DNA from: Reclinomonas americana ATCC 50394
Lineage: Eukaryota
Assembly (NCBI GenBank): GCA_048213135.1
Contig: PS015009.1
Span: 1,302,001-1,366,000 of the forward strand
Reading direction: 5' to 3'
DNA: 64,000 nucleotides
The position numbers and the translations under genes are program-made. The notes beneath the pieces were generated by a model. The model was given only the letters and a program-made list of their open reading frames with translations, was not told the origin of the DNA and did no database searches. Positions within the stretch are counted from its first letter, which is position 1, and the number at the start of each line of letters is the position of its first letter. Positions 41,212 through 49,720 of the stretch are shown here, one piece after another.

Positions 41212-41212
41212 C

Positions 41213-41593
41213 ATGAAATTAAAAACAAAAACACTATACCGTCCTGTAGGCGAAAGAGAATTGGAGCTGGTGGCCGCTTCCGGCTTCCGCAGGTTTCCGC
41301 CGCGGTTAAACTGGCAGCCCATATTTTACCCGGTGCTGAACCAGGCTTATGCGGAGCAAATTGCCCGGGAGTGGAATACGGATGATGCTTTTTCCGGTTA
41401 TGCCGGTCATGTTACAGCATTCGACCTGCCGGAAGATTACCTGTCGCAATTCCCGGTGCAACTGGTTGGCGGAGAGATCCACCAAGAGTTGTGGATACCC
41501 GCAGAAGAGCTGGATAACTTCAACGATCATATACAGGGCAATATCAGGGTGGTGATTTCTTTTTATGGTGATAAGCACAACAAAATGTTATGA
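41213..41593 (+). CDS. Conserved hypothetical protein, possible ADP-ribosyltransferase fold
   Basis: TLYRPVG..EL, FPPRL..QPIFYPVLN..YA and HQELWIPAEEL; the stop overlaps the NADAR start. Confidence 0.6.
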   Translation: MKLKTKTLYRPVGERELELVAASGFRRFPPRLNWQPIFYPVLNQAYAEQIAREWNTDDAFSGYAGHVTAFDLPEDYLSQFPVQLVGGEIHQELWIPAEELDNFNDHIQGNIRVVISFYGDKHNKML

Positions 41594-42135
41594 AATACAA
41601 TACCAACTGGTTAATACAATCCATCGATGCAGGAACAGATCCCAAATATCTTTTCTTCTGGGGGCATACGCCTAAGCGGAATGATATGCCCGACAAGTCC
41701 TGTTTCAGCCAATGGTACCCCTCTCCTTTTACAGTTGATGGCATTACCTATATGACGGCAGAACACTGGATGATGGCGGGGAAAGCACTTTTATTTAATG
41801 ACAAAGAGATCTTTGACCAGGTGATACAGGCTTCTTCTCCCGGGCTGGCCAAAGAACTGGGAAGGCAGGTTCGTGGATTCGACTCAGCCACCTGGCAGGA
41901 AAAAGCTTATGCACTGGTATGCGAAGGCAACCGGCACAAGTTCTCTTCCTGCGAATTATTAAAGACGTTCTTATTAAGAACAGGTAACAGCATACTCGTG
42001 GAAGCAAGTCCTTCCGATCCTGTATGGGGTATTGGTATGGCGCAGGACAATCCCTCTGCTACCAAGCCGCGGGAATGGAAAGGAACCAACTGGCTGGGGT
42101 TTGCGTTGATGGAAGTGAGGGATATATTACAATAA
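41590..42135 (+). CDS. NADAR (YbiA/DUF1768) family protein
   Basis: CFSQWYPSPF, TAEHWMMAGKA, AKELGRQV, LVEASPSDPVWGIG and GTNWLGFALMEVR. Confidence 0.92.
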   Translation: MKYNTNWLIQSIDAGTDPKYLFFWGHTPKRNDMPDKSCFSQWYPSPFTVDGITYMTAEHWMMAGKALLFNDKEIFDQVIQASSPGLAKELGRQVRGFDSATWQEKAYALVCEGNRHKFSSCELLKTFLLRTGNSILVEASPSDPVWGIGMAQDNPSATKPREWKGTNWLGFALMEVRDILQ

Positions 42136-42156
42136 CAGAAATTTTACAACACAACA

Positions 42157-42696
42157 ATGGAAAAACAACTTAAACATATCAGTAAATTTATGAGCCTGGT
42201 GCTGCGGCACAGGCCGGAACAAATCGGGCTTACGCTCGACGAAGAAGGATGGGCCGATGTACAGGAACTCATCAGCAAACTAAATGCCCATGGCGCAGGG
42301 CTTACCCCGGAACTGCTGGATACCGTGGTGGAGAATAACGATAAAAAACGTTTCGCTTTTAATAAGGATAAAACACGCATCCGCGCCAGCCAGGGGCATT
42401 CGGTGGCCATTGATCTGGCACTGGAACCTGTCACCCCTCCTGCCCTGCTTTACCATGGTACAGCGGAAAAGAACCGGGAATCCATTCTCAGCAAGGGCAT
42501 ACTCAAAGGCGAACGCCAGCATGTACACCTGAGCCACGATAAAGAGACGGCCGTAAAAGTAGGCTCCCGTCATGGCAAACCTTTTGTACTGCATATCGAT
42601 GCAGCAACCATGCACAACGACGGGCAGCTCTTCTACCTGTCGGCCAACGGTGTGTGGCTTACAGAATTTGTTGACCCCAAATACATCATACAGTGA
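42157..42696 (+). CDS. kptA: RNA 2'-phosphotransferase (Tpt1/KptA)
   Basis: SKFMSLVLRH, DKKRF, IRASQGHS, YHGT, RQHVHLS and NGVWL. Confidence 0.93.
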   Translation: MEKQLKHISKFMSLVLRHRPEQIGLTLDEEGWADVQELISKLNAHGAGLTPELLDTVVENNDKKRFAFNKDKTRIRASQGHSVAIDLALEPVTPPALLYHGTAEKNRESILSKGILKGERQHVHLSHDKETAVKVGSRHGKPFVLHIDAATMHNDGQLFYLSANGVWLTEFVDPKYIIQ

Positions 42697-43424
42697 GAAC
42701 ACTCGTGATTGGCGACATACACGGCGGGCTGAAAGCGTTGCTACAGGTTTTTGAGCGGGCACAGGTAACTGCTGCTGACCGCCTCATTTTCCTGGGTGAT
42801 TACGTGGATGGATGGAGCGAGTCAGCAGAACTGGTAAGTTATCTTATGGAACTATCCACAAAACAGGATTGTGTTTTCATAAAAGGCAACCACGACTGCT
42901 GGTGCGAGGACTGGCTGAGAACGGGCAACGCGGAACCTAAATGGCTTTTCCACGGCGGACAGTCCACCGTGGAAAGCTACTCCCGTTTGTCTGCAGAAAA
43001 AAAACTGCAACACCGCGTTTTCTTTGAGTCGATGCAGCAATACATGACAGACGACAGCAACCGGTTATTCATCCACGCAGGTTTTACTTCCATGCACGGG
43101 CCCGCAAACGAGGTGTATGATTCCAATTATAAATGGGACCGGACTTTGTGGGAAGTGGCGCTGGTGATGGACAAACGCATTCAAAAGGATTCGCTTCTTT
43201 TTCCGAAAAGACTGAAGCTGTTCAGTGAGATCTTCATCGGCCATACGCCAACCTTATATTATAATGTAGATGTACCCATGCAGGGTTGTAACGTTTGGAA
43301 TGTGGATACTGGCGCCGCTTTCACCGGTAAGTTGTCGGTACTCGACGCTGATACCAAACAATACTGGCAGAGTGATCCGGTGATGCAGCTCTATCCCGGT
43401 GAAACGGGCAGGAACAGGCCTTAG
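42693..43424 (+). CDS. Calcineurin-like metallophosphoesterase
   Basis: GDIHG, LGDYVDG, KGNHD, FIHAG, IGHTP and VDTGA. Confidence 0.92.
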   Translation: MRTLVIGDIHGGLKALLQVFERAQVTAADRLIFLGDYVDGWSESAELVSYLMELSTKQDCVFIKGNHDCWCEDWLRTGNAEPKWLFHGGQSTVESYSRLSAEKKLQHRVFFESMQQYMTDDSNRLFIHAGFTSMHGPANEVYDSNYKWDRTLWEVALVMDKRIQKDSLLFPKRLKLFSEIFIGHTPTLYYNVDVPMQGCNVWNVDTGAAFTGKLSVLDADTKQYWQSDPVMQLYPGETGRNRP

Positions 43425-44373
43425 GACTTGGACTGCTCCTGATCCGGTGTAATGGCAAAGGGCGGTATTTCCTTTTTTCTTCTTTAAGAATGTACACCGC
43501 GTTTCCATAGGGCTTGATACCTTTTCCCCGTCGCAACGCGTACACTTTGGTAAACTCCGCCCCAAAATAAAGGATCACCGAGGTATAATATACCCACAGC
43601 AGTAATATCACTACCGATGCCGCCGCTCCAAAGGCGGCACTGGTATTGCTGCTGCCCAGGTAGTAGCCAATAAGGAATTTACCCAGCAGGAAGAGGGCCG
43701 CCGTAAACATCGATCCTTTCATAGCGTCTTTCCAATGGATGGTTGCGTCGGGCAGTACTTTGTAAATGATAGCGAAGAATGAGCTGATGGTGATGAAGAT
43801 GATAAAGAGGTTCAACGCGTACATAATATAGAATGTAGACTCGGAGAACATCACTTCCAGACGGGCACTCAGTGCGTCCATGGCCGCGTTCACCACCAGT
43901 GATACCAGCATCAGGAAACCGAGGCTCACCACCAATGAAAAAGAGAGCAGCCGGTTGACCAGGTATTTAATCCATCCCTTACGGGGTTTGGCTTTGATAC
44001 TCCAGATATAATTGATGCTGCCCTGTATTTCTGTAAATACGCCGGTAGCGCCAATGAACAATACCACGCCACCTGCAATAGCGCCAACGGTGGTTTCATC
44101 TTTCAGGTGTACGTTGGCGATCATCTCCTGTATCTGCTGAGCCGCGTTACTGCCCACCAGTTGTTTCAGTTGCATATACAGGCTTCCCTGTACGGCTTCG
44201 TTTCCGTAAAAGGCTCCGGCAAAAGAAATGAGCAGGAACAACAGCGGCGCAATAGAAAAAAGGGTAAAGTAGGAAAGCGAGGCGCTGAGTTTAAACACAT
44301 TGTCATTATTAAACTCGGTAAAGGCCTGCCTCAGTACGCCGATATTATGTTTTATGCGTGTGAAAATGACCAT
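43321..44373 (-). CDS. YihY/BrkB family membrane protein (3' end probably frameshifted; the natural stop is likely 43421)
   Basis: SASLSYFTLFSIAP, IYKVLPD and FGAAASVVILLLWVYYTSVILYFGAEF. Confidence 0.88.
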   Translation of the reverse strand: MVIFTRIKHNIGVLRQAFTEFNNDNVFKLSASLSYFTLFSIAPLLFLLISFAGAFYGNEAVQGSLYMQLKQLVGSNAAQQIQEMIANVHLKDETTVGAIAGGVVLFIGATGVFTEIQGSINYIWSIKAKPRKGWIKYLVNRLLSFSLVVSLGFLMLVSLVVNAAMDALSARLEVMFSESTFYIMYALNLFIIFITISSFFAIIYKVLPDATIHWKDAMKGSMFTAALFLLGKFLIGYYLGSSNTSAAFGAAASVVILLLWVYYTSVILYFGAEFTKVYALRRGKGIKPYGNAVYILKEEKRKYRPLPLHRIRSSPSPKACSCPFHRDRAASPDHSASIVWYQRRVPTTYR

Positions 44374-44445
44374 ATGCTTCGTATTGCAGCATATAGAGTA
44401 CAAGCGGCATACCAAATTATATGGCAGTGCTCAAATAAAGGAGGT

Positions 44446-45219
44446 TCAACGCTTTGGGGACTCGTTTTTGTACCAGTTCATCATTTCACGGTATACGGAT
44501 TCCTCAGTTAAAGTATCAGCCAGCAATTCGGTATAACTCATCTTTTTTACATCCATGCAATACTGCACCAGCAGCCAGTTGCGATAGTAAGGAATTACGG
44601 TGCCTGTTCCGTCGGCGAAACTGATCCAGCCATTGTGGTTGGCTTTTTCCGTTTCATTAAGCTGCCTGATGTTGTTGAACAGGTTTGTTTGTCCCGGTTC
44701 TTTACGGGCAATATATTCAGGATAGCCTTCAAATTTCCAAACGGGAATATTACCTACAGGATTGGTCTTCCGGAAACCGAGGTGATTATATTGCAGGCAA
44801 TGTACAGCTTCGTGTGCCAGCAGTTGGGTGAGGTTCCATTTATAGCCGTCCAGTTCTACATAATTACTGTCGTAGTGCGCCGTTCCCTGTAGTACCACTT
44901 TATCATAAAAGCCCCAGGCAAAGGCCCTGCCGCGTATCTTCTGCATCAGCCCGGGATAAGCCGATCCGTCGTTAAGACAAATGTCCAGCTTCAGCGAAGG
45001 ATTGTACCATTCACTTTTTTGCAGGAGTGCCGTTGCGTTGTCCAGCCGGGTTAATAGCTGCGGACCTATGGGTTGCTGGTGATAAACCGTATAGTTATTA
45101 TGAACCGTCTTATTGGCGTAGGTAAGAACAGGATTCAGTATGATGATGGCCAGGAGTGCGGCAATAAATACAATGGTAACGGTTAACCGCAACGTCCATT
45201 TTTTTATCTGCTTTTTCAT
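44446..45219 (-). CDS. Membrane-anchored protein with a zincin-like HExxH motif
   Basis: N-terminal TM, LAHEAVHCLQ and WKFEGYPEY. Confidence 0.7.
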   Translation of the reverse strand: MKKQIKKWTLRLTVTIVFIAALLAIIILNPVLTYANKTVHNNYTVYHQQPIGPQLLTRLDNATALLQKSEWYNPSLKLDICLNDGSAYPGLMQKIRGRAFAWGFYDKVVLQGTAHYDSNYVELDGYKWNLTQLLAHEAVHCLQYNHLGFRKTNPVGNIPVWKFEGYPEYIARKEPGQTNLFNNIRQLNETEKANHNGWISFADGTGTVIPYYRNWLLVQYCMDVKKMSYTELLADTLTEESVYREMMNWYKNESPKR

Positions 45220-45248
45220 AATGTCTTTTTAAATGGAGCATTCCCGGG

Positions 45249-46109
45249 CTACTGGTCACTGCCGGGGCCTGAAAAGAAATATTGCAATCCTTTAATAGCG
45301 CTGATAGCTGCCGCATCCATATGCCCGGTATTGCTGAATATGGTATACTCCATCCGCATGTGCGGTGGCGCCAGTTTTTTGATCTCGTCGGCAATTTTTT
45401 GACCCGGAGCGATATCCCATTTGGGGTCCTCCGATCCGCCAACGCTCATATAAAGCGCAAGGGAATCTTTCGCCACGCGGTTTTTCAGTTTAATGCCGAG
45501 GGTATCCATATAAAAATTGTGGTACCATACCGACGGGCTTGCCGCCAGGAAATTATTGAAGACCGTCGGTCCCTGTTCGGCCTGGCGCCAAAGGGCATAG
45601 AGGCAGAAATAGCCACCGAAGGAGTGTCCTTCCAGGGTCCGGTTCTTCCTGTCGGTGCGATAGGAAGAATCAATATAAGGTACCAGTTCCTTTTGTAAAA
45701 AATCATAGAATGCCGGTCCGCCGCCGCTGGCCTTTACTTCATCACCAGGCGTTGATGCGGGATAGAGATAGTCACGCACACGAAGCGAATCCATTTTCTG
45801 GAATGAAGGATAACCTACGCCAACCAGTACTATCGGTGGCAGCAGTCCCGCTCTTTCATATTGTTTGGCTACAGACGCGATGATGGGAAAATGGAAATTA
45901 GCATCCAGCACATATACGCTGGGATAGTATTTCGTTGGGTCTTCCGTATAATCATCCGGTGTTTGTACAGATATTACGAAAGTGTCTTTTACCGATTGGG
46001 AATAGAGGGTTACATCTCCCGAGTGCCGTATTTCGGGTTCCATTCGTTTGGGATGACTGCAGGAAATGGCAAAAGCGAAGAGGGATAAAAAAGCCAGGGC
46101 TTTAAGCAT
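45249..46109 (-). CDS. Alpha/beta hydrolase (IroE-like esterase) lipoprotein
   Basis: Lipobox, YPSVYVLDA, RVRDY and nucleophile elbow GHSFGG. Confidence 0.87.
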   Translation of the reverse strand: MLKALAFLSLFAFAISCSHPKRMEPEIRHSGDVTLYSQSVKDTFVISVQTPDDYTEDPTKYYPSVYVLDANFHFPIIASVAKQYERAGLLPPIVLVGVGYPSFQKMDSLRVRDYLYPASTPGDEVKASGGGPAFYDFLQKELVPYIDSSYRTDRKNRTLEGHSFGGYFCLYALWRQAEQGPTVFNNFLAASPSVWYHNFYMDTLGIKLKNRVAKDSLALYMSVGGSEDPKWDIAPGQKIADEIKKLAPPHMRMEYTIFSNTGHMDAAAISAIKGLQYFFSGPGSDQ

Positions 46110-46205
46110 GTTGGTAATGGTTGAACAACAAAAATAAGCGACTGGTGTTTTTTTCCTTTACCCTTTATGGATTTTAGGGTTTTGTTAAGACTCCCCCTAT
46201 CTCGT

Positions 46206-46754
46206 TTATACAGCAGCCCTTGCGGCCTGCTGTACATGTCTTTCAATATGGTAAACGAGGAAGCGGAAAGTATCACCCATCCTCAGTTTTATGAGGGGTG
46301 TCAGTGAAATGGCCGTCCTGGTACGGGTGAGGTTGATATGCCGTGACCGGTCCAGCAGGTCTTTCAATTTGTGCTGTTGTTTCAGAAAACGGTCGATGCT
46401 GGTAATGGTAAGTTCGCGGTGTACCGGGTTTTTGTCTTTGGGCGATTTCATTTTTTTCTGCTTTCCTTCTTTCACCTGCATCAGGTTGGCGAAGTAATTA
46501 CCGATGATCCCGCTTTTAAAAACGAGCCGTCCTTTTTCCGGTCGTTGTTCCAGTAATTGTTTTTCGATCTCGGGAAGATAAAAATCACCATAAAGGTTAA
46601 GGTGTTCAATACATTCAAGAACACTCCAGGAACCTTCGTCTTTCCTGCGGTTAAGGGCAGCGGTATCCAGCTTGCTTAACAGTTTAACAGCTTCTGTACA
46701 GCGATCGGTAATGGTGGTCAGTTCATCGACCAGGAGGTTGTTGGCTATTTGCAT
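46206..46754 (-). CDS. DinB-family protein
   Basis: WSVLECIEHL and HIERH motifs. Confidence 0.88.
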   Translation of the reverse strand: MQIANNLLVDELTTITDRCTEAVKLLSKLDTAALNRRKDEGSWSVLECIEHLNLYGDFYLPEIEKQLLEQRPEKGRLVFKSGIIGNYFANLMQVKEGKQKKMKSPKDKNPVHRELTITSIDRFLKQQHKLKDLLDRSRHINLTRTRTAISLTPLIKLRMGDTFRFLVYHIERHVQQAARAAV

Positions 46755-46810
46755 AATGATTTGTTTTATGCAAAATTGCCGCGGCTTATTTTTTTTCTTC
46801 TTGATGCGGA

Positions 46811-47350
46811 TCAAGAATTCCGGATGCGGCTCAGTGTTTCCGGCGTCATGCGCAGGTAGGAAGCAATGTATTTAAGCGGCACATGCTGAAAAACGTTGGG
46901 GCTCCTGTCCAGCACACGTTTCAGCCTTTCGGTAGGTGATTCGGTCAACAGGTCTATCTCTCTTTCTATTTGCTGGGTAACGAGTATTTCCATCAATTGA
47001 TTATAAGCCACCAGGTTCTCCGGGCTTTCATGCACCAGGCGGGTAACCTGCTCTTTGGGTATCACTTTTACTTCGGTCTTGCGTATCGCCTCAATAAAAA
47101 ATTCCGAAGGTGTTTGTTTGATATAAGAAGACAGGGAATTAATAAAAGACCCTTCATAACCCAGCCTTATTGTTTGCTCTTCCAGTTCTGTGAGGTGGAT
47201 CACCCTTACGGCGCCGCTTTCAATATAGTACAGGTTCTTCTCCACCTCGCCTTCGCGGATGAGGAACTCCCCTTTGGCCAGGGTACGCGGCTGGGCTATA
47301 TGATCCAGTTCCGATAAAAGGATCTCCGCAAAGTTCCTGGTTGTTGTCAT
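46811..47350 (-). CDS. Crp/Fnr-family regulator
   Basis: cNMP-like domain (LYYIESGAVR) and C-terminal IASYLRMTPETLSRIR. Confidence 0.9.
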   Translation of the reverse strand: MTTTRNFAEILLSELDHIAQPRTLAKGEFLIREGEVEKNLYYIESGAVRVIHLTELEEQTIRLGYEGSFINSLSSYIKQTPSEFFIEAIRKTEVKVIPKEQVTRLVHESPENLVAYNQLMEILVTQQIEREIDLLTESPTERLKRVLDRSPNVFQHVPLKYIASYLRMTPETLSRIRNS

Positions 47351-47370
47351 AATCAAGTTTCAAAAAAATA

Positions 47371-47393
47371 TTTTGCTTATTTTTGAAGCAAAA
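47371..47393. promoter_or_regulatory. Candidate NrtR operator
   Basis: TTTTGCTT-ATTTTTG-AAGCAAAA, 45 bp upstream of the Prs-like gene. Confidence 0.8.
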
Positions 47394-47438
47394 TAAAAAT
47401 ATGATGTACCTTTACTCTGTGAAAATAAACAACTCGCG

Positions 47439-48236
47439 ATGAAAACGATCAATATTAATACACGGGAAAATGTGAAGATCACCATCTTTCCCGACGGACA
47501 ACCCCATGTGAACCTTGGCGACCTGGCAGAAGGAGAAGAAGTGAAACTGGTATGTTCCCTTACCGACACCGGTAAACTGCTGCAGTTGCTGGAAACCGCC
47601 AATGCTATCGACAACTGTTTTGCCCGCAAAAAAATGCTCGTCATCCCCTACCTGATGGCCGCCCGCTACGACCGGCTGATGCTGCCCGGCGACAGCCTCG
47701 ATCTTAAAGTAGTGGCCGACATGATCAACTACTGCGGCTTTGAAAAAGTGTACCTGTTCGATGTGCATTCCGGCGCCGCGACATTGCTCATCAAAAATGC
47801 CATTCCCATCAGCAATGAGGTCATGGTACGTCAGTACAACAGGGAAAATGCCATATTGCTTTGTCCGGATGAAGGCGCCGCCAAAAAGACCGGCGCTTAC
47901 CGCGACTGGAACCCGCATCTTGCCGAAATTGTGTATTGCCATAAAAGCCGCGACCTGGCCACGGGAAAGATCACCCTTTCTGTTCCCGACCCCGAAAAGT
48001 GCGAAGGCCGCAACTGCGTTATCATCGACGACATTTGCGACGGCGGCGGTACCTTCCTTGCCATTGCCGGGCAGGTGAAACCGGCACACCTTACACTCAT
48101 TGTAACACACGGCATTTTCTCCAAAGGATTTACGACACTGGAGCAACACTTCAGCGAGATCATTGTATCCGACAGCCTTTATAAAACGTACGACTCTCCT
48201 ATTGTAACCACTATACCTGTAACAGCAACACTTTAA
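47439..48236 (+). CDS. Ribose-phosphate pyrophosphokinase-like protein (short and divergent; possibly an Adps-type ADPR-PP synthetase)
   Basis: FPDGQPHV, IPYLMAARYDR, DVHS, PDEGA, PRT motif IIDDICDGGGTF and VTHGIFS. Confidence 0.85.
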   Translation: MKTININTRENVKITIFPDGQPHVNLGDLAEGEEVKLVCSLTDTGKLLQLLETANAIDNCFARKKMLVIPYLMAARYDRLMLPGDSLDLKVVADMINYCGFEKVYLFDVHSGAATLLIKNAIPISNEVMVRQYNRENAILLCPDEGAAKKTGAYRDWNPHLAEIVYCHKSRDLATGKITLSVPDPEKCEGRNCVIIDDICDGGGTFLAIAGQVKPAHLTLIVTHGIFSKGFTTLEQHFSEIIVSDSLYKTYDSPIVTTIPVTATL

Positions 48237-48246
48237 TTAACCCATC

Positions 48247-49701
48247 ATGAACATCAACCCTTTTCTCCTCACCGATTATTATAAAGTAGGTCATATTTTT
48301 CAATACCCCGAAAAAACGGAACTGGTATACAGTAATCTTACGCCCCGCAAAAGCCGGCTCAACGGTATTGACGAAATGGTGTTTTTCGGACTGCAGTATT
48401 TTGTAAAAGAATACCTGGTGGACTATTTCAATAAAACCTTTTTTGAGCAGCCCAAAGAAAAAGTAATCGCTGATTATAAACGCCGCATCGTCACTTCCCT
48501 TGGCGCACACCTGCCCAGCTACCAGCACCTTGAAGCCCTGCACGACCTGGGTTACCTGCCTGTAGAAATAAAAGCCCTCCCCGAAGGCAGCTGTGTACCC
48601 ATGCGGGTACCCTGCGTAACTCTTGTAAATACAGTTCCTGAATTTTACTGGATCACCAATTTCCTGGAAACACTGCTGAGCGCCGTTATCTGGCAGCCCT
48701 GCACCAGTGCCACTATTGCCCACAGCTACCGCAAACTGCTTGACCGCTATGCGGAGGAAACCGGTGTGGACAAAGCCTTTGTACAATGGCAGGGGCACGA
48801 CTTCTCTTTCCGCGGCATGAGTTCACTGGAAACGGCTGTTACCAGCGGTATGGGTCACCTGCTCAGTTTTACCGGTACCGATACCATTCCTGCTATTGAT
48901 GCACTGGAACAATATTATGGAGCTGACGCAGAAAAAGAACTCATCGGCGGAAGCGTGGCCGCCACCGAGCACAGTGTTATGTGCAGCGGCAGCCGCGATG
49001 GTGAATTGGAAACATTCAAAAGACTGGTCACTGAAGTCTACCCTTCCGGCATCATCAGCATTGTGAGTGACACCTGGGATTTGTGGAAAGTATGTACCGA
49101 ATACCTGCCCGCATTAAAAGAGATCATTCTTGCCCGTAATGGTAAAGTAGTGATCCGCCCCGACAGCGGCGACCCGGTTAAGATCATCTGCGGCGATCCC
49201 AACGGCGCAACAGAAGTACAACGCAAAGGCGTAGTGGAATTGCTGTGGGATGTGTTTGGCGGTACAGTTACAGATAAAGGATATAAAATGCTCGACGGGC
49301 ACATCGGCGCTATCTATGGCGACAGCATCAACATTGAAAGGGCAACGGCCATTTGCGAAGGACTGAAAGCGAAAGGTTTTGCCAGCCAGGTGGTTTTCGG
49401 TATCGGCAGCTTCACGTACCAGTACAATACCCGCGACACATTCGGTACAGCTATGAAAGCCACCTATGTAGTAATTGATGGTGAAGGACGTGAGATCTTT
49501 AAGAACCCTGTTACCGACGATGGCACCAAACGCTCTGCCACCGGTCTTTTGCAGGTAAAGAAAGAAAACGGCACCTATGTATTGCATGACCAGGTGGGAT
49601 GGGAAGAAGAGAAAGACAGCGAGTTGAAAACGGTGTTTAAAAATGGTATATTAGTAAAAGAACATACACTTGCCGGAATAAGGGCAAGGCTCCACAGTTA
49701 A
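48247..49701 (+). CDS. Nicotinamide phosphoribosyltransferase-family protein (NadV-like or Namat-like)
   Basis: TDYYKVGH..QYP, HDFSFRG, GTDT, SVAATEHSVM, SIVSDTWD, VIRPDSGDP, IYGDSI and TRDTFG. Confidence 0.9.
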   Translation: MNINPFLLTDYYKVGHIFQYPEKTELVYSNLTPRKSRLNGIDEMVFFGLQYFVKEYLVDYFNKTFFEQPKEKVIADYKRRIVTSLGAHLPSYQHLEALHDLGYLPVEIKALPEGSCVPMRVPCVTLVNTVPEFYWITNFLETLLSAVIWQPCTSATIAHSYRKLLDRYAEETGVDKAFVQWQGHDFSFRGMSSLETAVTSGMGHLLSFTGTDTIPAIDALEQYYGADAEKELIGGSVAATEHSVMCSGSRDGELETFKRLVTEVYPSGIISIVSDTWDLWKVCTEYLPALKEIILARNGKVVIRPDSGDPVKIICGDPNGATEVQRKGVVELLWDVFGGTVTDKGYKMLDGHIGAIYGDSINIERATAICEGLKAKGFASQVVFGIGSFTYQYNTRDTFGTAMKATYVVIDGEGREIFKNPVTDDGTKRSATGLLQVKKENGTYVLHDQVGWEEEKDSELKTVFKNGILVKEHTLAGIRARLHS

Positions 49702-49720
49702 CCTTGGTAAAACAATCCGT

